From a virus, in IMG/VR virus record IMGVR_UViG_3300045988_061299: a stretch of 56,878 nt of DNA; one strand, written 5' to 3'. The notes under the pieces are model-generated. The model ran no database searches. It worked only from the letters and a program-made list of their open reading frames with translations, and was not told the DNA's origin. Within the stretch, counting starts at the first letter, position 1; every line of letters begins with the position of its first letter. This document shows, one piece after another, positions 1-8,203 of the stretch. The position numbers and the translations under genes were made by a program.

Positions 1-135
1 GTAATCTCCGCTACTGCCAATCTGTGCGGAATTTCCACTACTGCCAATCTGTGCGGAATATCCATTACTGCCAATCTGTGCGGAATATCCATTACTGCCA
101 ATCTGTGCGTAATCTCCGCTACTGCCAATCTGTGC
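1..135 (-). repeat. 27-bp tandem repeat, 5 copies, in-frame coding (nonapeptide AQIGS[SN]G[DNY][YS])
   Basis: Hand alignment gives period 27 with units gtaatctccgctactgccaatctgtgc, ggaatttccactactgcc... and ggaatatccattactgcc.... The same unit recurs at 56768..56878. Confidence 0.9.
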
Positions 136-501
136 GAAATTATTGCCATTGTCATTTTCTATACTATCTTCAATTTCCTCAATCTTCGTTTTCTCCAGAG
201 TAAAATCTATGCAAGCCTTAATAAAACCTTTTAAGCCCAACTTGGCTTTAATGTGAAGCTTATTAGTTGCACTCTTGTTTTCTCTTTTAAAAACTTTTCC
301 CAGCGGCTCAACTTCTGCAAATTCTGAAATCTCACCATTCTCGTTTACAAGAGGGTAATAGTCCAGTACATCAAATGGATTTTCACAATAATGCATGACA
401 CCAGCTTCGCATATCTCATTTCCATTTTCTTCATATGTTGTGTTTTCTTCGTACTGCTTACCTTTGCAAGTAAAATCCGGATTAAATGCTTTATATGCCA
501 T
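1..501 (-). CDS. DUF7666-like repeat protein, N-terminal part (gene continues across the window edge into 56519..56878)
   Basis: ATG at 501..499 sits 1 nt after the upstream stop. The translation MAYKAFNPDFTCKGKQYEENTTYEENGNEICEAGVMHYCENPFDVLDYY... is open to position 1 (exactly 167 codons) and ends in AQIGSSGDY repeats. The N-terminal CxxG..YEE..CE.G.H.CENP..VL.YY pattern is as I recall it for this family. Confidence 0.6.
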   Translation of the reverse strand, partial: MAYKAFNPDFTCKGKQYEENTTYEENGNEICEAGVMHYCENPFDVLDYYPLVNENGEISEFAEVEPLGKVFKRENKSATNKLHIKAKLGLKGFIKACIDFTLEKTKIEEIEDSIENDNGNNFAQIGSSGDYAQIGSNGYSAQIGSNGYSAQIGSSGNSAQIGSSGDY

Positions 502-503
502 AA

Positions 504-767
504 TTATTCCTCGCTTTCTTCAAAATGCTCTTTTATATCCAATCCGTCATCATCATACCACTCACACCATTCCTGTTCTTCTTCGTCAAAATATTCAAGA
601 CCAGATGCATTGCAATAGTCAGGCTTTATCTTATTTTCATACTGAAATAAGTCATAATCCCATAATGTATTAAGGATTTTCCAAGCCTGTTCAATGCTTT
701 CAACTTCAACATAAAAGTTTTTAACCGCTCCTACTTGGCAATTATGCCAAACTCTCATTTTACTCAT
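504..767 (-). CDS. hypothetical small protein with a strongly acidic C-terminus
   Basis: 87-aa ORF packed between its neighbours. C-terminus is EEEQEWCEWYDDDGLDIKEHFEESEE. Confidence 0.5.
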   Translation of the reverse strand: MSKMRVWHNCQVGAVKNFYVEVESIEQAWKILNTLWDYDLFQYENKIKPDYCNASGLEYFDEEEQEWCEWYDDDGLDIKEHFEESEE

Positions 768-769
768 GC

Positions 770-2713
770 TTACCCCTCCACAATCTCTAATTTCTCGCTA
801 TCATTGACAATCAGCATAATTAACTGACTATCAACCATATCAGCAACTTTCTTCTGATTAGTGCTGTCAAGGCTCTCCGTGTCGTCCAAGATAATAGGCA
901 CTGACATACCACTAATCTTCTGAATAGAGTTACAAATATCAACTCTGCCTAAAATCCTGTTGCCCTTATTGCTCATAGTTGTAAGAATTGACTTTCCGTT
1001 AACTGTAGGTATGCAAACCGACTTGTAACCGCCAGACTTGTTCAGTTCAAACAACTTCCACTTAACAAGCGAGAAATGGCTGTTAATACTGTCAGACAAT
1101 GTTTCATTCTTTGCCTTGTCCAGTTCGTCAAGCAAATCAAGGATTTTTTCAGCATTAGCCTTATTCTGTTCCTGCGTACGCTGTTCTGCCCTTAATTCTA
1201 CAAGTCGCTGTTCGTCTTTCTCTGTGTTGCTTTCAGCTATCTTTCGCTCACACTCTGACAACTGCTGCCTTAAATCGTTTTCCTGTGCCTTTAATTCAGC
1301 CTTGACACTTGAAATGTCATTAGCTTTGTGCATAGCCTGTTCCTTTTCAGCTATCTGCTGTTCAAGTGCCTTGTACTCTTCTGTGGATGTCACATCAATT
1401 TCCTGCGGAAGTTCGGATAACTGCTTTTCAAGGATATTCATATTTTCAGTATGGGTCTTTAAACTTTCCTTACGCTTTTCTAATTCCTGTTCAGCTTCAA
1501 CTAACAATCCCTTAATTTCATCAAACATTTTCTTGTTTGTATTGCCTTTGTCGGTAATTCTGTTAAGTTCAGCTTCTTTGTGTGCCTTAAAATCTGCTCT
1601 TAATTCCTCTTTCTTATCTTCCGAATATTCCTGTTTGCAATAAGGACAAATAAGGCTGTTTTCATCAAATACACGTTCTTTTTCAGCTTTCCATTCTGCC
1701 CTACTATCTTCAAGTGCTTTCTGATATTCCGCTATTTTATCTTTGTCAAATTCAACAACTTTTTCTGCATTGTCGATTGATTTTTTAGTGTCATCAATCA
1801 CATAGTTAAGGTTGCTAATCTGCGATTCAAGACCTCTCCTAGCCTTGATATTCTCCTCATTAGCCTTGCGTGATAAATCTCCCTGCTTAAACTTCAAATC
1901 AAGAATATCTGCACTAGCCTTATCATATTCAGCTAACAGCTTGTCATTGTCGGTCTGCTTAGCCACACAATTAGCAATCTGCTCTTTAAGGCTATTTCTA
2001 AGCAGTTCAAGGTCAGATGTATCAATATCAGATTTAATCTGAATATCTCTTTCCTTTTCCTTAATCTGTCCGTCAATAACAGGCGATTGCTTGTCAACAT
2101 TAGACGAAATCAATTTATTCATTGAGCGGATTTCTTCGACAGCGTATTTTTCAAGCATTGGTGCTAATTCTGCCAACTCTTTTCTTGACCTTGCCATATC
2201 TAAGTCCGTAACACTTTCAATTAAACTGAAAAGATATTCTCTCATTTCATCTGGCTTTCTACTAAGAAAAGCATTGATATTACTGCAAGCCTTGAACATC
2301 TTCATATTAACGCCCAGATACTCATTAAATGCTGTTAAAGTCTTAGGAACGCTGTTGATGTAATAAGAGTTATTATCACTGACAGTTGTTACAATTTTTC
2401 CATCTTTTACAGCTTCTTTATAAGTACGCTTCTGTACTTTCTTCATAGTGATTTCTTTTCCGTCAACATCAAGTGTAAGTTCAACCGATACGTCCATATC
2501 GTCAACGGGTTTTCCGTCAACTTCTCTTCTGACAACCGGATTATCCTTTAACTCATAATCACAGTTAAATAAGCACCACAGATATGCCGTGGCTATTGTT
2601 GACTTGCCTACACCATTCTCGGCTATAATCTTGGTTATGCTGTAAAAATCAAACTCTGCGTGTGCATAGCACATAAAGTTTTCTAAAACTGCTTTTTTTA
2701 AAAATATTTTCAT
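770..2713 (-). CDS. Rad50/SbcC-like SMC-type ATPase (recombination module)
   Basis: Walker A ENGVGKST lies near the N-terminus. A long coiled coil carries a central CPYC zinc-hook-like motif, and the C-terminus has PIILDDTESLD (Walker B/D-loop). I prefer the start at M15 because AAGGAAAGGG sits upstream of it; the ORF-track start is 2755. Confidence 0.7.
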   Translation of the reverse strand: MKIFLKKAVLENFMCYAHAEFDFYSITKIIAENGVGKSTIATAYLWCLFNCDYELKDNPVVRREVDGKPVDDMDVSVELTLDVDGKEITMKKVQKRTYKEAVKDGKIVTTVSDNNSYYINSVPKTLTAFNEYLGVNMKMFKACSNINAFLSRKPDEMREYLFSLIESVTDLDMARSRKELAELAPMLEKYAVEEIRSMNKLISSNVDKQSPVIDGQIKEKERDIQIKSDIDTSDLELLRNSLKEQIANCVAKQTDNDKLLAEYDKASADILDLKFKQGDLSRKANEENIKARRGLESQISNLNYVIDDTKKSIDNAEKVVEFDKDKIAEYQKALEDSRAEWKAEKERVFDENSLICPYCKQEYSEDKKEELRADFKAHKEAELNRITDKGNTNKKMFDEIKGLLVEAEQELEKRKESLKTHTENMNILEKQLSELPQEIDVTSTEEYKALEQQIAEKEQAMHKANDISSVKAELKAQENDLRQQLSECERKIAESNTEKDEQRLVELRAEQRTQEQNKANAEKILDLLDELDKAKNETLSDSINSHFSLVKWKLFELNKSGGYKSVCIPTVNGKSILTTMSNKGNRILGRVDICNSIQKISGMSVPIILDDTESLDSTNQKKVADMVDSQLIMLIVNDSEKLEIVEG

Positions 2714-2738
2714 AAACAATGCCCTTTCCTTATTAAAA

Positions 2739-2921
2739 TCAATCCGCAACTCCAAGGATTCTAAATACCTCCTCTGTATTAATTACAGAATGTCCTTTTG
2801 CCACACTCGCAAGTACCTCTGCTCTCGTCTCGCAATCTATCAACTCTTCATATCTTGCAAGTGGTACTGTTATAATGCCAGACACCGCACCATGCATTGT
2901 TAATTCAAATTTATTATCCAT
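2739..2921 (-). CDS. hypothetical protein
   Basis: 60-aa ORF in operon context. Confidence 0.4.
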   Translation of the reverse strand: MDNKFELTMHGAVSGIITVPLARYEELIDCETRAEVLASVAKGHSVINTEEVFRILGVAD

Positions 2922-2923
2922 TA

Positions 2924-3553
2924 TTATTTTTCCTCACTTTCTTCTATTCTACTTACTGAAATTTCGTAAGCTGTTCTTATTTCTTCTGTGCCATCATCAA
3001 GTTTCTTTGTGTATTCTCTGCTTTGTAATCTTCCCTCAACGTCAATGCGAGTGCCTACATCAATATTACCTGCATATCTTGCATTTCTACCCCATGTAAT
3101 ACATGGTATGTAATCTGCTTTGCCATACATACGATTAACCGCAATTAATACATCAGCTATCTCTCTGCCTTTAGGTGTTACTCTGTAAACCGGCGGCTTG
3201 CAAATATAACCGCTCAATTTAACATTGTTGTTGAATTCCGGGGCTGATTCACTCTCTTCTTCAACCTCCCGGACATCCCTAGCAAACACCATTATTAAAA
3301 GTTTGCGTTTATCATCTGATATATGCTTATTAAAGGTTCTCACCTGTCCCTTAACTGATATTTTTTTACCTATCTGCAAATCTTTGATTTCTACTAATCT
3401 GTCAGATACAATAATTGGTAGCATGTCCTTTTCGGTGCTTTTTCTGGAACAGCTTAAACGAAAACCATAGAAATTTTCGCCATAATTTTTGTGATTAAGC
3501 TCTGGAGTGCTTGCTATAACTCCGCACAATTCAATTTTGTTATTTTCTATCAT
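2924..3553 (-). CDS. tandem OB-fold single-stranded-DNA-binding-like protein
   Basis: Two SSB-like halves (IELCGVI...VKGQVRTF and LSGYICKPP...VEGRLQSREY) are followed by an acidic tail. Confidence 0.55.
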   Translation of the reverse strand: MIENNKIELCGVIASTPELNHKNYGENFYGFRLSCSRKSTEKDMLPIIVSDRLVEIKDLQIGKKISVKGQVRTFNKHISDDKRKLLIMVFARDVREVEEESESAPEFNNNVKLSGYICKPPVYRVTPKGREIADVLIAVNRMYGKADYIPCITWGRNARYAGNIDVGTRIDVEGRLQSREYTKKLDDGTEEIRTAYEISVSRIEESEEK

Positions 3554-3554
3554 T

Positions 3555-3692
3555 TTATTTTTCCCCTTTCAATTCTGTTGTGCTTACAAATCCGACAATC
3601 TTGCCGCCATCAATTACTGTATACATGTTTTTCTTTTCAAACATATCAATGCAATCCTGTATTGTTATTTCTCTCTCGTTTACCTGTATCAT
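3555..3692 (-). CDS. hypothetical small protein (45 aa)
   Basis: Hand translation gives MIQVNEREITIQDCIDMFEKKNMYTVIDGGKIVGFVSTTELKGEK. There is an ATGA overlap with the upstream stop. It falls below the ORF-track length cutoff. Confidence 0.4.
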   Translation of the reverse strand: MIQVNEREITIQDCIDMFEKKNMYTVIDGGKIVGFVSTTELKGEK

Positions 3693-3970
3693 AGCTTATA
3701 TCTCTCTTTCATTATTGTAGGCAGTTCGTAGCAGTCGATATAATCGTGAATGTCTGCTATGTACTTCTTTTTAAGTTCACTCAAACCACACCCGTATTTG
3801 TGCTTTAACTGCCCTAAAATGTCTCTTACAACCATGCTTCTTAATAGCTCACAATGCTTATTTCTTCCCAAGAGGTAGCTTGTTCTTCTGCCAATGTGTG
3901 CCAGGATTTCAAGTTTTTCTACCTCATTAATCTGCTCTCTTTCGCCTTTTTCAGAAATAATAAATATCAA
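3689..3970 (-). CDS. hypothetical protein
   Basis: 93-aa ORF in operon context. Confidence 0.45.
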   Translation of the reverse strand: MIFIISEKGEREQINEVEKLEILAHIGRRTSYLLGRNKHCELLRSMVVRDILGQLKHKYGCGLSELKKKYIADIHDYIDCYELPTIMKERYKL

Positions 3971-3987
3971 TCTGCTAAAACTCCTTT

Positions 3988-4185
3988 CTAATTAATAAGC
4001 TGAAATATCATTGACACAATAAATAATATTGCTGATAACATCCATAAATATTCAGCTATTCTGCTGCCTCTCTTTGCTTTCTTGTATGCCGCAATAGAGA
4101 CTTCTAAATTGTTTCTTTCTGCTATCAGTTCCTCTACTGATATGCTATACTGTGGTGTTGCCTGTATTTCCTTTTCCATAAACAT
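3988..4185 (-). CDS. small membrane protein
   Basis: C-terminal hydrophobic helix LWMLSAILFIVSMIFQLI. The start may be M3 (4179). Confidence 0.4.
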   Translation of the reverse strand: MFMEKEIQATPQYSISVEELIAERNNLEVSIAAYKKAKRGSRIAEYLWMLSAILFIVSMIFQLIN

Positions 4186-4951
4186 TCTCCTTACTTAAAA
4201 ACTTATTAACAAAATAAACTTGTCCTTTGCCTGTAACCTTTGGCGTGCGTGTAATTCTTACGCTTCCGTCTGGGTTCTGTAAGTTACTTTCCTTTACTTC
4301 AAACAAACCTTGTTCAACATATTTCTGCTGTGGCATATTCCTTGAGGTTCCATACTTCATCAGATAGCCATTGTCACGCAACCAATCAAATAATCTGTTC
4401 TGCCCTATCTTGTAGCCGTTCTGACATATCAATTTTGCTAAATCCCCAACTAAGATTGAAGTATGGCTTGCTGATACTGCGTCTGCGAAAATCTCTTTAG
4501 GTTTCATCTGTTCAATTCTTGCCTGTTTCTGTTCGATTATCTTATCTCTTTCGGCTATCTTGTTATTGGCTACAAGAAGTGCCTTTGCCATAAGTTCATC
4601 ATCAGACATTGTTTCCTGCCCTGCTATGTAACCGCCATTCTTACGGATTGACGGAAGAACTTCTGATGTAACCCAATCTGTAAATCTTTCCGCACTTTCT
4701 TTACGGCTCTGAAAGATTGTCTTATAGAGATTGCTTTCATTAACATAAAGTAACTTCTGTTTTCCGCCTGTCGTAAGGGTATCAATATTACTTATACCCT
4801 TTTCATTAAGTCTTGACTTAATCATTGATGGATTGCTAAGTTCTAATGCCTTGCATACATCAGCTAAGCAGAACATAGGTTCATCATCTTTAGTAATGGT
4901 TCGGATTTCTCCAAACTCTGAATTGCTAAAAATCTGTAGCTCCATAAACAT
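4145..4951 (-). CDS. phage antirepressor (Bro-N plus KilAC/ANT C-terminal domains)
   Basis: N-terminus is LQIFSNSEFGEIRTI..DDEPMFCLADVCKALEL; C-terminus is GDLAKLICQNGYKIGQNRLFDWLRDNGYL. Confidence 0.8.
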   Translation of the reverse strand: MFMELQIFSNSEFGEIRTITKDDEPMFCLADVCKALELSNPSMIKSRLNEKGISNIDTLTTGGKQKLLYVNESNLYKTIFQSRKESAERFTDWVTSEVLPSIRKNGGYIAGQETMSDDELMAKALLVANNKIAERDKIIEQKQARIEQMKPKEIFADAVSASHTSILVGDLAKLICQNGYKIGQNRLFDWLRDNGYLMKYGTSRNMPQQKYVEQGLFEVKESNLQNPDGSVRITRTPKVTGKGQVYFVNKFLSKENVYGKGNTGNTTV

Positions 4952-5044
4952 TCCTTTCTAAATAATGTGTGATATATTCCTTTTAAGGTGCATTTGAGCG
5001 ATTCTGCTCATTCCTATCTGCTGTAACTTGTAGAACTTTATATT

Positions 5045-5345
5045 TATTGATACAATAGAAAGGTGATGGTAGACACTTTCCGAAAGGAGATTGTATGGAT
5101 ACTGTCATAGCATTGTGTATATCAGTGGTCGGCTCATACTTCTGTGGTTTAGACTTCTGCACCCTGTATACTCTTATTTCTATATCAATAGAATTAAATA
5201 AATATGCTAAAGACAAAACTGCCAATCGGTAGGTAATTCACACTTGATACGAACAGGACGCTATCCCTGTCAAAAAGAACTAATGATGTTTGAATAAAAG
5301 TTTGCAACTATTTACCGCTACCATCACTTTTCTATTGCATCAATA
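5045..5345. repeat. 28-bp inverted repeat (26/28 match) enclosing 245 nt of non-coding sequence
   Basis: Arm 5045..5072 is tattgatacaatagaaaggtgatggtag. Arm 5318..5345 is ctaccatcacttttctattgcatcaata. Both lie in a 470-nt coding-free gap of the early-left operon. Confidence 0.85.
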
Positions 5346-5422
5346 TCAAAAATTCTAATCTGTTTGTACTTTGTGCTATAATCCTCTTATTCTATTAGAA
5401 ATTGAAGAAATGTTCTCCATTC

Positions 5423-5566
5423 TTACTCCTTTCTTTCTGTCTTTTCGCTCTCTCTTACCATTGCCATTCCCTCTGCGACACCAAGAATGTAATTTTTCTT
5501 GCTATCATCAAGTTTTGGCAGTGTGTCGGAAAGCTTCTTAATAATTTCCTTTTCCTTTTCACTCAT
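5423..5566 (-). CDS. first early-left gene, small hypothetical protein (47 aa, in the Cro position)
   Basis: The internal ATG (MSEKEKEIIKKL...) is preceded by AAAGGAAG. The ORF-track start at 5629 lies upstream of the predicted promoter. Confidence 0.5.
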   Translation of the reverse strand: MSEKEKEIIKKLSDTLPKLDDSKKNYILGVAEGMAMVRESEKTERKE

Positions 5567-5600
5567 GCAATCACTTCCTTTCTGTTGACCTTGTAAACAT

Positions 5601-5629
5601 AGTATAGTCCCCAAGAAACATTTTGTCAA
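5601..5629 (-). promoter_or_regulatory. early-left promoter: -35 TTGACA, 17-nt spacer, -10 TATACT, with GGGGACTAT operator in the spacer
   Basis: The reverse complement reads TTGACAaaatgtttcttggggacTATACT. Confidence 0.7.
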
Positions 5630-5639
5630 TACTTTTTTG

Positions 5640-5668
5640 TTGACTTGGGGACTATTTTAGTGTATAGT
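5640..5668 (+). promoter_or_regulatory. repressor promoter: -35 TTGACT, 17-nt spacer, -10 TATAGT, with GGGGACTAT operator in the spacer
   Basis: Reads TTGACTtggggactattttagtgTATAGT, back to back with the minus-strand promoter. Confidence 0.7.
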
Positions 5669-5691
5669 AAACATTGAAAGGAGGATTAAAG

Positions 5692-6057
5692 ATGAACGAA
5701 CGGATAAAAGCATTAAGAAAATTCTTAAACATGACGCAAGAAGAATTTTCTAAGCAAATTGGTTTATCAAGAAATTTTATTGCTCAAGTTGAAATTGGAA
5801 CAAAAGTTCCATCCGACAGAACTATTACTGATATTTGTAGAGAATACAATGTCAATGAAGATTGGCTGCGGACCGGCAATGGTGAGATGTTCAAATCAAG
5901 AACAAGAGAACAAGAGATTGGTGCTTTTGTTAATGAAGTTATGGAATTAAACGATGACAGCTTTGAAAAGAAGCTTGTTAGTGCGTTGGCAAGGCTTGAA
6001 CCTAAAGATTGGGAATGTTTGGAAAGCATCGCAAAGAAATTGCTAGACGAAAAGTAA
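5692..6057 (+). CDS. XRE-family HTH repressor (CI-like)
   Basis: HTH is LNMTQEEFSKQIGLSRNFIAQVEIG. GGAGG lies 7 nt before the ATG at 5692. The gene is divergent from the early operon. Confidence 0.8.
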   Translation: MNERIKALRKFLNMTQEEFSKQIGLSRNFIAQVEIGTKVPSDRTITDICREYNVNEDWLRTGNGEMFKSRTREQEIGAFVNEVMELNDDSFEKKLVSALARLEPKDWECLESIAKKLLDEK

Positions 6058-6060
6058 AAA

Positions 6061-6086
6061 AGAGAGGGCTATTCCCTCTCTTTTGT
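6061..6086 (+). terminator. rho-independent terminator
   Basis: AGAGAGGG-ctatt-CCCTCTCT followed by TTTT. Confidence 0.75.
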
Positions 6087-6185
6087 CATGTTACATATAA
6101 ACTTGAATATTTGTTCTAATATCCAGTTATCTTCTATTTTGTTTATTTTTTCTGTTATTATTCGCTTGTAATCCTCATTACTCAT
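6069..6185 (-). CDS. possible small ORF (38 aa)
   Basis: MSNEDYKRIITEKINKIEDNWILEQIFKFICNMTKERE with AAAGGGG upstream. It is short and overlaps the terminator hairpin. Confidence 0.3.
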   Translation of the reverse strand: MSNEDYKRIITEKINKIEDNWILEQIFKFICNMTKERE

Positions 6186-6454
6186 AACTTTGCCCCTTTG
6201 AACCCACACATTTATTTAGTAGCGATAACGCGATTATAGAACATATGTTTGATATTGTCAAGTATGTAGTGGCACTGCCAACGCCAATTAAACAGCACCA
6301 CTACGCCAGAACTTGAAGTGTCTTCTTTTGAAGACATGTTTATTATACATGCTGAATATTAAAATTTCTAATATATAACATCGTAAAATTGCGACAGTGT
6401 TCGACATTTTAAAAATAGTATGTTATAATGCAAGCAAAAACGGAGGGTTATTTT

Positions 6455-6856
6455 ATGGAAGAAAAGCAAAAGATAAGTAAAACAAGCATAATTGCCGCAA
6501 TAATTTTCTTTGCAATAATTATTGTTGCTGTATTACTGTGTTATTTTAGAGTATTTAACGATTATCGTTACTCTGAAAGCGACAGGAAAATGATAGACAG
6601 TGCGATTAAAATTATTGATGATTTTGAAAATGGAACTTTAAGTGCAAAAGAAGCAAGCACCAAAATGGAGAATTTAACAAATTTGGCAGAAAAACAAGCC
6701 GATGATAAAACGCTTTCTGCCGCTTTTTCAAGCGTTGAAATATCACTTTCACTTTCAGATAATAAGATAGTATCGCAAGATTCTAAATCTGAATGGCTTA
6801 AAAATATAAAAGAACGCCGAGAATCATTTGAGAAAATGTTAAAAGAAAAGAAATAA
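6455..6856 (+). CDS. membrane-anchored protein (single N-terminal TM helix, helical ectodomain)
   Basis: GGAGGG precedes the ATG at 6455. TM helix is IIAAIIFFAIIIVAVLLCYF. It is on the same strand as the repressor. Confidence 0.6.
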   Translation: MEEKQKISKTSIIAAIIFFAIIIVAVLLCYFRVFNDYRYSESDRKMIDSAIKIIDDFENGTLSAKEASTKMENLTNLAEKQADDKTLSAAFSSVEISLSLSDNKIVSQDSKSEWLKNIKERRESFEKMLKEKK

Positions 6857-6867
6857 GTTTTTAATTT

Positions 6868-6908
6868 ATACAGGTCTTACATTAAAGCAAGACCTGTATT
6901 TTTGTTTT
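6868..6908 (+). terminator. rho-independent terminator between convergent genes
   Basis: ACAGGTCTT-(10)-AAGACCTGT followed by a long T-run. Confidence 0.75.
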
Positions 6909-8180
6909 TTAAATAAGTTCGCAATCAGTTACATTGACTGCGGCAAACAGTTCTCCGTTATGTACAAGCACAACTCTGTCTCCGCTTTTCTCTGATACTG
7001 TATATTCGTCAAACCAAGCTTTGATAGGTGTGCCGTCATAATCGGTATTGCCGACAAATCTCACTGTGCTACCCTCTTCAATATCTCCGCTAAATGGAAT
7101 ATCTGTAGGCGTATCATCAGAGTTTGCACCGCCGACAAATTCAAGATTAGCAATATTTACAGCAGCTGTGATTGTTGTGCCGATACCTATAACAATTCTA
7201 TCTCCGTCCTCTTCAATTACATCATATTCATCATAATATGTCGCGAATCTCACGCCATCATAATCAATATTATCAAGAATCTTAACTTTCTTGCCGTCAC
7301 CGCGGCTTACTGTATCTGTGTTAATATCGCTGTCATATACGCACTTAACAAGGCTGATGTTGTCTTTATCAATAGCAGCGGTAATTACTCCGTCAATTCC
7401 GATAACAACTCTTCTGCCACTAACTGATAAAACACTGTACTCATCATAGTAAGTATTGAACGGCTCGCCGTTATCATACTGAACGGCGTTGAGTACCTTA
7501 ACTGTGTCGCCCTTATGGAACTTAGTGTCTGGCACTGGCTGATAATCTGGCACTGTTGCTTCTTCGACAACATGGTCTGTGCAATAATCAGTGTAGCAGT
7601 AATTCTGGTCTACTGTTTGTCCGTTAATCTGATTGCTTCTAATGAAGTTGTCTGAACCGCCAAACTGCCATAAATCATAGTCAGTGCCGATATTAGGCTC
7701 TGTATCTGAATATCTTGCCACCCATATGGCATATCCTGCTTCTTTTACTCTGCTTATATCTACATAGTTATTGATGTGGCTCTCCGACGAATATAAGCCT
7801 ACTTTAGTAAATCCTGCTTCTTTCATTTCCCCCATGAATGCCATAACTATATCTGTAAGGTCATTGCCGGTAAGCATTGTTCCCTCTACGTCATAAAAAA
7901 TAGGATAGCAAAAAGACTTACCCACAAGAATAGAAGCACAGTATCTAGCTTCATTTCTTGCTTCATCTTCACTGAATGCGTTGCCGTAGAAGTACGCTCC
8001 CTTGTGCATATCTGCGTCTGACAGCTTGTTATAGCTGTTTTCAAATTCCCTGTCGGTGTAAAGTCCGTCGTCAGCACCACCGCACTTGATGATTGCGTAC
8101 TCAACACCCTCTTCATCTCTTGCTCTTGCAAAGTCAAAATCCCCCTGCCATCTTGATGTGTCAATACCGAATTTTTTCAT
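6909..8180 (-). CDS. endolysin: GH25 muramidase domain plus three C-terminal repeats of about 70 aa (SH3b-like cell-wall binding)
   Basis: GIDTSRWQGDFDF is a GH25 signature. The three repeats follow the pattern G.TV.......YDG......YDEY.V.......RVVIG......AAV. Confidence 0.85.
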   Translation of the reverse strand: MKKFGIDTSRWQGDFDFARARDEEGVEYAIIKCGGADDGLYTDREFENSYNKLSDADMHKGAYFYGNAFSEDEARNEARYCASILVGKSFCYPIFYDVEGTMLTGNDLTDIVMAFMGEMKEAGFTKVGLYSSESHINNYVDISRVKEAGYAIWVARYSDTEPNIGTDYDLWQFGGSDNFIRSNQINGQTVDQNYCYTDYCTDHVVEEATVPDYQPVPDTKFHKGDTVKVLNAVQYDNGEPFNTYYDEYSVLSVSGRRVVIGIDGVITAAIDKDNISLVKCVYDSDINTDTVSRGDGKKVKILDNIDYDGVRFATYYDEYDVIEEDGDRIVIGIGTTITAAVNIANLEFVGGANSDDTPTDIPFSGDIEEGSTVRFVGNTDYDGTPIKAWFDEYTVSEKSGDRVVLVHNGELFAAVNVTDCELI

Positions 8181-8203
8181 ATAATTACCTTACTTTCTGT
8201 AAA

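Noticed and set aside
1-135. The regular 27-bp repeats at both window ends could be a CRISPR array.
   Set aside because: The units are contiguous with no spacers, vary slightly, and are translated in frame as a nonapeptide repeat of one gene. There are no cas genes.
1038-2363. Several plus-strand ORFs antisense to the Rad50-like gene. Similar antisense ORFs lie across the TMP, portal, terL and tail-fibre genes.
   Set aside because: They have the Ser/Leu/Phe/Cys-rich composition typical of the reverse strand of AT-rich coding sequence and are fully nested in well-supported genes.
4983-5225. An 80-aa minus-strand ORF in the early gap.
   Set aside because: It has no RBS and a non-protein-like composition, and it lies inside the inverted-repeat element.
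5374-5382. A plus-strand extended -10 promoter (TGCTATAAT) producing an antisense RNA to the first early gene.
   Set aside because: It is not reported as a feature because there is no recognisable -35 element and no supporting terminator. It is mentioned only as context for the inverted-repeat element.
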